Numbered from the whole stretch's first letter, positions 10,866 through 24,436 are shown. The stretch: DNA of 63,989 nucleotides, filler included, from Perkinsus olseni (GCA_013115125.1; 28 parts of 28 records of this genome joined end to end with filler, not necessarily neighbours in it), one strand, 5' to 3'. Translations and numbers: made by a program. Notes: generated by a model not told the origin, from the letters alone.

Positions 10866-11605
10866 GACTAGACACGATGCGTACACATTTTCTTGAAATG
10901 TCGGTAATGAAACCACGTCGGAATGCATGAGGGGAGAGGAGCTGGTACCGTTGTCCAAGTCCGGCACGAGTCGCACACAACCTCAAAAAATTGTTGAAAG
11001 TTGATAATGACATAGACCGCATAGGTAGGGTCATGAGCGATTTAGTCGCTATTACGTGGCAGATAGAAGCGCCGAGTATATGACAACGGCTACACACGGA
11101 CGTCGATTTGGTCGTATCCTTACGTCTGAACAGCCTCAAAGTGACAGTGTTCTCGTGGATGTAAAGGGAAAGATTGGACTCGCTGAGAAGTTTGGATGGT
11201 ACCCTGCAACTGAAGCAATAAGCCAAGACGATGAGAGCTTTGAAGAGATGGAGTTTATGAAGCGTAGCTTGTCGAACTAGGCTCTCAAGGAAGTGGAGAG
11301 AGATGCTTTCTTTTTCTTGCGATGTTGAGAGAGAGCGTCGGAGCAACCATGAGCAATGGCCTTTGTGAGTGGGTCGTCAAATTGTAACGGGTACTGCAAC
11401 AACAGATGTGCCTTCCGTAGAGCAGGTAAACACCTGACGTGGGAAAGTCTGGTCGCAAGGAAGGCCCGAATCCTCTCCGGGGATGGCTGGCGTAGAAGGA
11501 AATGTATTCCAGCTCCAAAGAAGATTAACCTTCAGTGCGCATCTGTATGAGCGCCAAGTAGCAGATTGTAGGCTGGCCTTGACTAGGTGTTGTTGTGCTT
11601 CTGTA
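10866..11605 (-). pseudogene. Frameshifted, C-terminally truncated tyrosine recombinase (DIRS/Crypton-like)
   Basis: N-terminal ASLQSATWRSY, then RVPSKLL, RRKD and SPHAFRRGF spread over different frames; no GRW/Tyr segment. Confidence 0.7.
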
Positions 11606-11705
11606 NNNNNNNNNNNNNNNNNNNNNNNNNNNNNNNNNNNNNNNNNNNNTTAATTAATTAANNNNNNNNNNNNNNNNNNNNNNNNNNNNNNNNNNNNNNN
11701 NNNNN

Positions 11706-11706
11706 G

Positions 11707-11775
<69 letters not shown>
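11706..11775. repeat. (GTT/AAC)n microsatellite at contig end; similar tracts at 14035, 16170, 32452, 34587, 34746, 59707, 61781, plus (AGT)n at 13865 and (GAAGG)n at 57462
   Basis: Directly visible. Confidence 0.95.
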
Positions 11776-11776
<1 letters not shown>

Positions 11777-12075
11777 GGATTCGCGGAGGAAGACGAGTAT
11801 GTACCGGTAGTAGTAGTAGTAGTAGTAGTAGTGATAGTGGTAGTGGCATAACAGTACAGACCAAGTGCGGTCGCCTATTGTTAATGATAGGGGAAGATGA
11901 AGCATGATGGTATGATTATTAGTATCACAGCTGCGTTCTTCTTCTTCTCTCCATCGACTCCCCCTCTTTCATCTCCCTTCACTTCTTCTGTCGCAGCGGG
12001 TCGGTAAGTAGTCGTCGGGGTATGATGACCGCCCAGTATCGTGGACATACACGCCTATCAAAACCGAAAATACTC

Positions 12076-12116
<41 letters not shown>

Positions 12117-12231
12117 GAACGAGGATTGAACATGATGATGATGCTGTTTAGCGCCATTACATCTGTAATAGCCTTTTGATATTGTGTTGATGTTATGATG
12201 TTTCTGATGTTGTTGTTGTTTCTCATGATGA

Positions 12232-12286
<55 letters not shown>

Positions 12287-12859
12287 GAGGGCTGTATCGT
12301 CACCACTGCTTGGGCTACAAGCATCATCATCATCATGAGAAGCAGTACCCGCATGATGGTCCAACATAGTACAGAGATAACAACATCTCCCGAAGGTTAA
12401 TAATGCCTACTAATTATAGTAATAACAATAATAATGATAATCACTACTACTATTACTACCAGTTGCCTCCCTGCTTCTCCTCTACTTGATAATGTGGTGT
12501 CTGTGATAATAGAGATGAGTTTATTTAATCGTCTGATCTGTATCTAATGGAAGATGATGATGATCTATCATGAGTCGTAATAATCTTTGGTCCACCACCA
12601 CCTGCTGCTGTGGCTGCCCTCCCCTCTTCATTATATCATCATGTACTTCATCAAAGTGGCTACTGTTGATGTATGATAAGATATTCTCTGGTATGATATT
12701 AACTATGCTGGCTGCTAATATTATGCATACGTTATTTAGTATCAGTTGGATATCATCATCACCATCATCTCCATCAGTACAACCAACCTGAACGATGATG
12801 AAAGAAAAACACAATGTTGCGTTAAGTTAGTATTAGAGGAGCGGGGGATATAATAATAC

Positions 12860-13190
12860 ATGGTGAGTATTATGAGGGTGTTGTTGATGTTGGTATATAC
12901 ATGAATATAACAGTGATAGAGAGAGCATGATGGTGAGTATTATGAGGGTGTTGTTGATGTTGTTGGTATATACATGAATATAACAGTGATAGAGAGAGCA
13001 TGATGGTGAGTATTATGAGGGTGTTGTTGATGTTGNNNNNNNNNNNNNNNNNNNNNNNNNNNNNNNNNNNNNNNNNNNNNNNNNNNNNNNNNNNNNNNNN
13101 NNNNNNNNNNNNNNNNNNNNNNNNNNNNNNNNNTGTTGGTATATACATGAATATAACAGTGATAGAGAGAGCATGACGGTGAGTATAATG
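12860..13190. repeat. ~70-73-bp tandem repeat flanking an internal gap
   Basis: GGTGAGTATTATGAGGGTGTTGTTGATGTTGGTATATACATGAATATAACAGTGATAGAGAGAGCATGA repeated on both sides of the N gap. Confidence 0.85.
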
Positions 13191-13864
13191 GTAGAGTAGA
13201 TACTAGTTGCAGCACCTCGGCAGATTCCATCTCCCTACGCCCGCCGCACTGCTTGGTCGCTGATGATGTTGGTAGTGATGTGATGATGGCAGGAGTAGTA
13301 GTAGTGTTGATGTGTAAAAGTGTGTCGAACCATTGATCATCATTCAACGTGTTGTCATCTGTATATATACTCGAATAGTAGGAGAATAGCCCTGATAATA
13401 ATAATAACAATATACCACTTCTTGTTCTTGTGGATTATTACAATTATTATTACCAAGGAATGAGTGTAGGGCCTCCATGAATGCTCGATGTTGATGTTGA
13501 TGTTCTTGTGATGATGATGATGATGAGAGTGTACTCATATCCAGTGTATAAGACCGTAACTTCTCCACAGAGAATGATGATGATGATGAAGAGCAGGAGA
13601 ATGCCTGAGCCATGCTAATACGCTAATACTAATGCTCTTACGGCTGTTATCATCATCATCATCATCATGATATATGTTGTTGTGATTATTACCCTATCAT
13701 ATATGGTATTAATGATGGTAGTAACGTTGAAGGCATCATGACTCGGATGACGAACTGCTCTTGGTTGATGATGTTTTGGGATAAGAAGCAAAGCATGACA
13801 TAGTATCTACGAAAACAATGACAGGAATGATAATAAAGTATCTCAACAAGATGATGAGTGGTGA

Positions 13865-13934
<70 letters not shown>

Positions 13935-14034
13935 NNNNNNNNNNNNNNNNNNNNNNNNNNNNNNNNNNNNNNNNNNNNTTAATTAATTAANNNNNNNNNN
14001 NNNNNNNNNNNNNNNNNNNNNNNNNNNNNNNNNN

Positions 14035-14104
<70 letters not shown>

Positions 14105-15400
14105 GTAGTGGTAACCGAGCATTATCATGCTGACTTTGATTGTGAAAAGTGTGGTATTACTACTTGAGATTGAGTAATACTGAAGTTTGTGTATCAGTAC
14201 CCCATGCTAAGAAGCCACCAATACCAATAGTTGAATATAATATAAAGCAGAGTAGTACTGCTTGGAGGGTTACTCTCCTCATACGATTCAATGACCTTAT
14301 CATAATCATCATGATGATGATGATCGACCGTAGTATCACTACTACCGTCTATCTAGATCAGTAAATATTCCAGGGACGTTAGTCTGACAACAGAAAGCAA
14401 AGGTAAGGAGGGCAATAGAGGATGCACAGGGTAATATGCCATGGGTAGGGAGTAATACCTGCCACCACCACAATGATGATGATGATCATACCTATGACAA
14501 TATTGATGACTAATACTACTTGAGACCAGCTGTTGAGGGATTCACTCATACCCCCATGTGTGAGTACTTCCATCACTACTACTATCATAAGATATACTAT
14601 ACATACCATACCAATGAGGCATACAAACCGTAATGATGAGAGCTGAGCAACAGCAGGCAGCAGCAGGCAGGGGTTGATAGACTACTGATGATGATGACTG
14701 TGAGTATTACTGTATCAACCAAGCATAGTGGTGTTAACACTACAACAGTGATGAAGCATAGGAAGGATGTCCTCTCTGTAAATAGGGTGAAGGGGAAGTA
14801 CTGGTTACCATCCTAACATAGTTCATCATGTTCCCCATGCTGCTAGTTGATGTACTACTCCTATAACCTTGATGGCTACCTGCGTACCAATATCCCCTAT
14901 AGTGATGAGATACCCTACACCCGTACCAAAACTGAATAGTATCTACCATCGTCATTATCATCATCTCTCCAACTGAACATGGTATTGGTAGTAGTAGTAG
15001 TATTTGATATTATTACAATATGCATATCGAAGATTATCCCTGCTCTTTGGCCGAATAGTTCCACTACAAGTTCTTCATAAGAATGTTTGCCAAGTATTGA
15101 CAAACATGCAGTTATCATGCGTACACTCTCTATGCATAACCATGCCTGCTCACAGATCAACAACGGTGATGTGGACCATCATACCATCGTTACTACTTGT
15201 AATATTAACATTGATGATCCGATAATGATACCCGATCTTGCTATACATATCGGTAATGATAATGCCCCTGCCCCTAACGTTGCTACCGATAGATTCAATA
15301 CCGATGCCCGAACTGAAAGACAATCCTCAGACATAGTGTAGTTACTAGCAGCGGCAGTACTTGAGCCAGATGGTAGGATTGATGACGACCTAGGCCCCAC
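14105..15400 (-). CDS. Amino-acid transporter (Aa_trans/SLC38-like), multi-exon, partial
   Basis: SVLNLSVATLGAGALSLP, SYEELVVELFG and LSSLRFV motifs with hydrophobic segments. Confidence 0.75.
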
Positions 15401-16168
15401 TGCCGCTGCTGCTGCTGCTGTTGGAGGGTGTCCATGGTCTAAGTGGCCTTCCTAAAGTGTAGAGTATGCATGGCATGGCGGTCTTTACAATCATCATCAT
15501 CATCATACCAGCATCTCGGAGGGTTCACTCCTTGCGAGTAGCGGTAGGAGGTCAGGTATAGCTATACCAACATGATACCTGTTGATTATTGTTCTGTGTA
15601 TTATCACGCCATAACTACATATATCTTTGCCTTTGTCTTGCTACACTTTGCTGCAATAATACGATATTACGATTCACAGAATTCAATGGCAACAATGATG
15701 ATGACGATGATGACTGCCGTGTCTCCCTATCATCTACAGGATATTCATGATGGTGTGGTATGCCAGGCGTATTGGACATTATAATGATGCTTATCTGAGG
15801 AACCCTGTCCATAACTACTTACTATAACACAACAACAATAGAGTGGTGAACAACAACAAGGAGGAGGGGTTATGTTACTAATGCATAGTGTACAGCATGG
15901 TCCAGTGATCAATGTGATTATACTACCATGTGCTAGCGTCACGACTGAATGACGCCTGCCACAGCTGATGACGGGGACAGGGAGCATGATATGATGATGG
16001 AGATATCTTTACTATGCGGGCACAGCATGCTTCAACCTATGATACCTACCTCTACGATTGATGAGTAATGATATGATAATACTGATGACCGGACTTGTAC
16101 GACGTATCAAACACTTGAGGATCGATAGATGCCTACATGATGATGATGACTAACTCGTAGAAGGCCGC

Positions 16169-16238
<70 letters not shown>

Positions 16239-18318
16239 GNNNNNNNNNNNNNNNNNNNNNNNNNNNNNNNNNNNNNNNNNNNNTTAATTAATTAANNNNN
16301 NNNNNNNNNNNNNNNNNNNNNNNNNNNNNNNNNNNNNNNTACTTTGTCCTCGCTGGGCATCCCATCGTCACTTTATCCTACTACCACGGCTGCACGCACA
16401 GTCCAGCCGTCTACTATGTTAAACGTAGAGAGCGTTCAACTCTCAAGCAGGAAAGTATGCAGCTTCTCTGGCGGCGAACGTCGGCATTCAACCTAACGGG
16501 TCATACCAGCCAGCGGCGATCGGTCAACGCGGATGAATGACCACATCGCAACAAATTTATTCTGAAGTGTACGCGCCGTTCCATTCTCGTTGGGACCCAC
16601 ACATCCTGCAGTCGTCTTGTATCGTGCGGAAGACCGTTTCCCGTGTTCGCAGGGTATCGCTCGTTTGCCGGTTGGCATTGGACGTTCGGGCGCGGGTGGG
16701 ACTCGTTACATCGTCGTGGCTACACGCTCAGCTCAGCCAAGCTTGAATTCCGAGCCTGGGAGGGTTTCTTATGATTCCCTCCGGCCATTACCGGCATTGC
16801 TTCCCAGAAAAAGTAGCACGCAGTAGGGGCTGAACTGAGGAGCAAGAGCAGCTGCGTCCATTTCGTGCACGCGTGGTCACTATCGACATGGGTCATTGAC
16901 TATCGCAAGGAACAACAGAACTCGGTAAAACAAAATTCGTCGAGCCCCCGCGGAAGTCGATACTCGTGAGCCACGAGTCGTGACCCGAGTCGAGTTATCT
17001 TGGAGATCGTTTGATGTTCGTTCGCTTCCCTCTTCATCAAACGACCATAGAACCCTGGTTCGAAGAAGTTCACTAACTCGTTGTCACGCGTTCAAAAATT
17101 GTTCCAGAGAAGGGAAAAGATATGCGTCTCGAATATGTGGTCAGGTATCGTATATCCCATCTTCGCTTGCTGCTTTACTTGGAGACGAGCCACGAGCCTT
17201 TAAAACAGTGTATGATTGGATGAAACTCATCGTGGGGCCGAAGCATATCTTTCTTCTCGCTTTCCGGTACAGAATACCAACCGCCCTTAGGCAAGGCATG
17301 TGGCCGTATCTGAGGTTCTCTTCCGACCGCTTCGATACTCCGGGAGTATTACTCCCTTTTTGAGCCGCCTCCCGCGATTGCTACATATTCAGCGAGAACC
17401 GCCAAGGAGAGACTGTTCACATCCACTGGACTGCTACGGCTGCCGGAGCTCTCGATTCATCGGTGGGCTTCTTACGATTCATGCGGAACGTGCTCGCGCT
17501 ATCATGTAATCATGGCACTGGTGGTGGTAGCATGACCCATGCTACCACGACCAGACCCGCCGTATCTCTTCTCAGTCTCATGGCCGTCGAACCATGACCG
17601 ACACAGTGCTTAACGTTGTTCAGAAAGCCGATCACGAAGATAGTATCGATCACGCGGGGGCGTTCGATGAACAAGTCCTAAATCCATAACCAATTCTGGA
17701 TCCACATTTGACGCGTAAAAATGAATTTGAAAATAGATTCCGAATTCCAGCGACGAGTAGCACTAACTTCCACGCGTAAAAGTGGCCCCAGAAGCAATGC
17801 TGAGCCACAAGAGCACCCCCTCACCATCATAACAGCGCAGATCCAAGAAACGAACTTTCTCTAACACTGTGTGAACTCGTCCGTCAGCCGGGTCACTGAT
17901 CTCCGCTTCCCGCGAATAACTGAAACAGCACAAGCAGCTCAGTTCAATCATTCTCCTGTGTTGTTGGAGGGCAACAAGGTTAACGGTCGCGGAGTTTATC
18001 GATCATTCGGGCGAGCGCGATTTCGAGAGGCTCTGCACAGAAGATGGCCGGTGCTTTAGCTAAGTCTACTGGACCATCCGAGGGTCGACCGGGTGGCGCA
18101 TTAAGAAGTTCGATCTTAGATCAACAGGAGATCGTTGCTCATGTACCTAGCGAGTGTTTCCCGTCTGGCGAATTGTACTTGAGTGCCGACAGTCGGTCGC
18201 AGATGACCTGAGTATCCGGACGCTAAGCTTAGTGTGGTCCTTGTCCCGTTGTTCTCAATTTTTCGTGTTTGTTTGTTTAGAGTTTACTCGACGTGTTATT
18301 TTACGACTAGCGCCTACC

Positions 18319-18544
18319 ATGTCTACTGCCAATTCGACTCAGATTGGCACTTCTACTAAGCCGCTCGTTCAGAAAGAGCCTACTAAAACTGAGGAGAGCA
18401 CCACCGGTGAAGTTACTGAGGCTACCAAGGAGTTGTTGACTTCCGATGACTGGAAAGAAAAGATTCATCGTCCTGTCGCTGATACTCGCGTGAAGACTAC
18501 TGATGTTACTGCTACCAAGGGTAACGACTTTGAGGACTACTTTT
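18319..18544 (+). CDS. DDX6: DEAD-box RNA helicase DDX6/Dhh1/DOZI, N-terminus
   Basis: DDWK...[21 protein letters not shown] is the diagnostic DDX6 N-terminal motif; truncated by the contig end. Confidence 0.85.
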
Positions 18545-18682
18545 NNNNNNNNNNNNNNNNNNNNNNNNNNNNNNNNNNNNNNNNNNNNTTAATTAATTAA
18601 NNNNNNNNNNNNNNNNNNNNNNNNNNNNNNNNNNNNNNNNNNNNTTCCATCCCTACCAAAGGGGCTTTGCGTTCTTCCCGAA

Positions 18683-20815
18683 ATGACCATCACTGAATCC
18701 TCGGAGGGGCTCGAACATGGTACTGGAACCGAGAAAGGTTCAGTGACTTCAGCTTCTTTGGCTCCGACACCGGCTCCGGTAACTGCTATAAGGGATTTGG
18801 TTATCTCCTGGCTTACTACTGTGCCGGTTGGTATTAGTGTATTGGAATTGGCAGTCGAAGATATCAAGAAGGCCGTCCCCGATGTGACCAGGGAGACCTT
18901 TGGTGAAGGTGTTGATGCTGCCTTGTCGGTAACTGATGTGCACGAGGGTAAGGTTGCGGCCATTACTAAGAAGTTGTATGACTTTGGTGAGTCAGAAGAT
19001 CGGCGATCCCGGACTCAACCTCGTCGGGTGTTGCTTGGGGATTTCTACTCTCCTTTTTGTGAGAACCCTTTGGTTGTTAAGAAGTGGGGTGTTACTTGTC
19101 AAGAACGGTTGGACCGTATTGGTTTTGAAGAAGCGTTAGGTTGTCAAGTGACCCCTATTCTGTCTAAGGAGGCCAAACCTGTGACGACGTCACCAATGTA
19201 TGAGTCGTTGCCGGTTGGTAAAGATGGTTCTAGCACTCCTACTTCTACTGTAGGAGTGGCACGTCCCGATGGTAATACCACTGGTTTTAGTAATGTTTTG
19301 GTTGATGATGGTTTAGCCTCGTTGGGATTGGATTTACCTTCGTCAGTAGACACGGTTGGTAGAAAGGATTTATCGGAAGGTCGTCGTATTGCTCTCTCTT
19401 TGGAACCGGTGATATTTTCTGGTACTGGTGACTTGCTACCGTATCCTGTGTGGAAAAGGAGATTCGATTTACTTTGTCGTAGTAATGGACTCCTTGGGGA
19501 TCCGGTTACTATTTTTTATGCCCTGAATCGTTGTTTATCTCCCGCCTTGGTTTTGGCTCTCAATCCTTCTCCGCCTGGTCTTGGTCCGGTCAGTGGCTGG
19601 GTGGCGGAGATCGCTCGTATCTTTCGATTTTTATCGCAATCTTGTAGTGGGGTATCTGATGATGTTGCCCGGCTTGGTGCTGAGCAGCGGTTTGCAGTTA
19701 CGTGCCAGAAGCCGAACGAGAGTATTGCTGATTATGTTGTGCGTTTCTCCAATGCGGCTTCTGATTTGGCCGCCTATACTGGGAAAAGTGTATCTGAGGA
19801 GAAGCTTCGCACTAATTTTATTCGTGGTATATCGGCCTCCTGGAGGACGCATGCGCTTGATATTTTATCTCGTGGTGGTGACTTTATCACTCTGACTCGT
19901 GAACTCAGTCAACGAGAAAGGTTAGAGAAGGTGGTACTTGGTCCTCGGGATCAAACGGCTTATTCTTCAAGTGCTGGCCGTGGTCGGGTGAATGTGGTAT
20001 ATGATCCCTCTGCAGAAGGAAAGCAGCCTATCCCGGGTAAATCGCCTAGGTTTTCGCCTTCTAAGAAGGTCTGCTATTCTTGGAGAGATCATGGTAAATG
20101 TCGTTTTGGTAACAAATGCCCATTCCGTCATGACAATTCGTCGAAACCTCAGTTTCTTACCGCACAAACTGTTGATTCAGTTAGTGAAGTAGAATCGGGG
20201 CCCTCGAATTCTAGTGAGGAAGAGTCTTTGAACCATCTCGTCATACCAGAGAAAGCATCACCCTTACCATTCGTGTCGTTCAAAGTTCCTGGTGTGGGCT
20301 TGGTTTCCTGCTTGTTGGATTCTGGAGCCTACTGGAATTATGTGGCCAAGTCGTTTTTGCTTCATCTTGGTTTTGGAAATGCTACATTGGACAAGTGTGG
20401 TGATTTTGTATCATTGCCTAACGGTGTGGACGAGAAAATCCTAGGCACTGTTCAGTTAGGTGGTCTCCTTTTCCGCGTTATGGACACCGCTGGGCGAAAT
20501 GGTGCTCCCTATTTGATTATTGGTGTTAAGTCTATGCATGATTTAGGCATTGACTTACGTTTTGGGAGCCAGGTTGGGATACCTAAGGAAAAGACTGACT
20601 CGTCCAGGCTTTTTTCAATCACTATGAGACCCTCTACATTGTGCGTGTTATCTACTTTGCCCTTTGTAAGAGTTGATGATGATGATCGTTCGGGTTACCA
20701 TGAATTATCTACAGTATGGTCCCCGAACTTGTTGGAAGATGGTCTTCCCGGAGTTACATCGGCAGTAACAGGCTGGCACCTAGCAACACTCGCAGCTGAG
20801 CTGCTAGAAGTGTAA
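18683..20815 (+). mobile_element. Retrotransposon gag-protease polyprotein with a CCCH zinc finger
   Basis: Capsid-like QKPNESIADYVVRF, CYSWRDHGKCRFGNKCPFRH finger, aspartic protease LLDSGA...IIG. Confidence 0.8.
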
Positions 20816-20948
20816 CACAAGATCCGGAGATATTGGGCTGCGATGGAGNNNNNNNNNNNNNNNNNNNNNNNNNNNNNNNNNNNNNNNNNNNNTTAATTAA
20901 TTAANNNNNNNNNNNNNNNNNNNNNNNNNNNNNNNNNNNNNNNNNNNN

Positions 20949-21466
20949 GGAACACTTGGGCTTCAATAGAGGATACTATCTTTACACGATGCCCAAGGTC
21001 AGGCGACCATCTCCGAGTAGTAGTACATGGATCTTCTCCGATCACTAGGTTCTTGCGAGGATGGCAGAAGCCCTTCAGTTGGTATGTCTCGGCCGAGCTG
21101 ACGTCGTTAGTAAACGAAAAGCAACAGATTCTGGTGAGACACTCATTGACGTGACCGGGGAGACATCGGCTGTTCCTTTCAGGATCACGAGTACCGAGGA
21201 GAGACTCTGCTACTCAGCGGGTGTTCGCATTGAATGAGTCGATCAAGTCGGTGAAGTTGAACCATGATACGGCCAGAGAGCTGTCCATTATAGGCCTCGA
21301 ATGGTGAGAGTTAGGGTAGCATTACTAGTATCACCTGCCTTGCTTCAGTTACCGGCACTACAACTACTATGATGCTGGCCCCGACCCTGAAGGGCTCGGT
21401 GGATCGATCATAGCGGCGAGCGTCCACGACAGTGGCTGGTTCGCGTGCTGTGAGCTGAAGGCGTGA
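20949..21466 (+). CDS. 3' exons of a hypothetical protein
   Basis: Four exons with GT-AG introns join in frame and end ...WFACCELKA*. Confidence 0.4.
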
Positions 21467-22416
21467 CGAGTCCAACTTCTCGCGCCGTGTCCATTATCAC
21501 TTGATGTTACTATCGATCGAAAACGTCAGAATAATTGTTATTATTTTCTCCCCCCCCATTAGATATGTACACTTGAGGATCAGCATCAGTCGGGGTAGTC
21601 GCTCTCACAGCTGCCAAGGGGCGTACATTGACTATCATTAATAACACCCGTCACTTCATTATCCCCACACTGGCAGAAGACGATGATTATCAAGATGTAG
21701 CAGATAATACCGCTGTGTTGTTTTGATAGTCAGACTAGTGCTGGAAGACATCTTTGCGAGTATGGGAAGAGAGCTCGCGGTACTCTCGTGCCGAGCGGAT
21801 CTCTCGAAAGGGCTTGCGCCTCTCAAAGTGTGTCTTAAAAATGCCATATCGGTAGCTCGCGGACTTCGTCAAAAATATAAAAGGTGTTAGCTTCCGAAGT
21901 CTACTCTGTGTACTCTGTATTGCAGCACGGTATCAGAAACTCTCTGTCAGAAAGTTCCTGCACAGTTGAGCTGTGCTGCAATAATACCCCCCTTCTCGAG
22001 TTCCCGAGATTTTCTCTCTCCATCCCGAGATAAATTCGCCCCAACTCATTCCCGTGCTCGCCTGTGAAAGCCCAGAGGAATGTTGGTACAATAAACTTTC
22101 AGGATACTAACCTAAGAAAGATAGCTCTACTATAAGTAGAGAACGCGCGATTATCTTTCTTATCGAAGGAGCGAGTGTATTCAGCGTGGTGGAAATCGGA
22201 TTCCAGATCGCTGATGGCAATCAATCGGATAGTGTTGGGCGGTTTGGTACGATTACTTTCATCTGTTCGAGTTCGGGCATATATCACCTTTACTGTGCTG
22301 TTGGCCTCCATTCCCCTTGCCTCCCGTTCCCCCACTTAACACTAGACCCGGTTCACATGAGGTAACAGTCTGATAGTTAACTAGGTATACACATCCCCCC
22401 ATCTCGACCCTACCTC

Positions 22417-22668
22417 CAATTCGCTGATGTCTCAACGACCCGCCAACGTGAAATCCTCGACCCCCATATAGGCAACGGCAACCTTATCCGCCAATTCGCT
22501 GATGTCTCAACGACCCGCCAACGTGAAATCCTCGACCCCCATATAGGCAACGGCAACCTTATCCNNNNNNNNNNNNNNNNNNNNNNNNNNNNNNNNNNNN
22601 NNNNNNNNNNNNNNNNNNNNNNNNNNNNNNNNNNNNNNNNNNNNNNNNNNNNNNNNNNNNATCCGCCA
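22417..22668. repeat. ~75-bp direct duplication next to an internal gap
   Basis: CCAATTCGCTGATGTCTC...CCTTATCC occurs twice in tandem before the N run. Confidence 0.8.
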
Positions 22669-24436
22669 AATAGGCTTCTGAATGGTATAGACCCTAGGGC
22701 ATCAGAGTATCAGGATGCGCGTCCGAGCTCCGTGGCCTGAAGTCAGTGATCGGCGGGGCCGTGTTGTCTACTCCGACACCTCTTCAGACGAGACTGACGA
22801 GGTGTTCGAGCCTTCCTCGAACTTCGAGGATCAAACGGAAGAGCCGACCAAATAACTGTCTCCAGTCTCGTCTGAAGAGGTATCCGAGGAACAATCGGAA
22901 GAATTGACCAGGATCTCCGAGAGCTTTCGAAGCATATCGATGGGTAAATTAGCTGAGCTACTTTAACTCCGTCGAGTAGTCCAAACAGACTGTTTGACAC
23001 TGTTCGACACAGTGCCAGAACCGCATTTCAGGAGGATTTGCATGTCATGTAATTTATCAAATTAAGCCTGCGGCAGGCTGCCTGCCCCACTGGCAGTGCT
23101 GCTCTTCCTGTTTCGATCTCGTAAAGAGATTCCGGGAATCTCAGACTGAGANNNNNNNNNNNNNNNNNNNNNNNNNNNNNNNNNNNNNNNNNNNNTTAAT
23201 TAATTAANNNNNNNNNNNNNNNNNNNNNNNNNNNNNNNNNNNNNNNNNNNNAGTAGAAGCAGTAAGCTGAACTTGATGTTTTTCCGTGTGTGCCCCGAAT
23301 CAACCTAAGATGCCTGTCGCTTCTTGCATCTCGAGTCCCTGCCCTCAGATTCGCCCACCGATGCCGTGGACGAAAAAGATACCTTCGATCGCGCAAGTCA
23401 AGCAACCAGATACTAGCGTGTTGTCACCCACGCCGTAGCCTCAGGTGAAAGATGCATTCGCCAGCAGCGTGGCGAAGTTCGAAGAGACCGTGGACTCGGC
23501 CTGGGAGTGGCTCAGTCGGCCTGTAAGACTACACGTCATCCCATCACTCCGTTATCCGTGATGACTCCTTCAGGTTCCGTTGTGCGGAGGTCCGCCCAAA
23601 GAGTACGATCCAGCCAGCGAGGTAAATCCTGGCTTTTCGAAACGGCCTTCTTGTGGCAGACGGTGTGACCCCCTTTAGGAAATAGTGCACGAGTGGGCTC
23701 CTCCCATGTCGCAGTACCAAGCCGTCACTAGTATTGGATCGCTAGGTGAAGACTAGATGCAGAGAAGACAGCTGCGTTCCGGCGATTCCTCCTGTCAGAA
23801 AATCATCACAATCTCGCCGCTCACCCGGTTTCAGTCGCTCCGAGTGAGAGGAGTACGAAATCGATCACAAGCTCCGCTCAGCGTTCTGCAACATGCTGGT
23901 CTGCTCGATTCCAGCAGGTACCTCAGCCAGCAGTTCACAACAGCAGATGAACACTCTGAGCAGCGTCACTCGATCGGAGGCCGAGTCAAACTCGGCTGCT
24001 GGCCCAGCTCTTATCGGGACCACCGCCAGAAAGGTCGTCGACATCACTCCCCCATCGGAGCCTATCCTTACGAGTCGTCGCTGGTTCTCAGGGGTTATTT
24101 TAGGTTATCGATAAGTTGACTTCACGAAGGCGACAAGAAAAAGCAGCTCTCTACGGCGGCTCGAGCCCCTTGACCACCATCCCCCCACCATGCGAGGTCA
24201 TTCCCGATGAGGCGGGGAGTTCAGTAGACTCTTTCGGAGCAGCAATTCAACGCATCAGGTGGCATGTGAATTTCTCCGCCATTGCGATGCAGTGCGGTCC
24301 TTCAGGTAGATGACGCCATCCATCCCTATTGTCTGAAGGAAAGCTACCTTGAGCCATGAACACACTCTTGCCTGGCCCTCGGATGTGCTCGGAGTTGTCA
24401 GTTTTGGTGTCCTTCGTTAATCGTTCCTTGAACCTA

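Noticed and set aside
11654..11907. Poly-L/T/N ORFs here and at other contig ends
   Set aside because: Translations of (AAC)n microsatellites.
22417..22668. Duplication as a functional repeat
   Set aside because: It abuts a scaffold gap and is likely an unmerged overlap or collapsed repeat.
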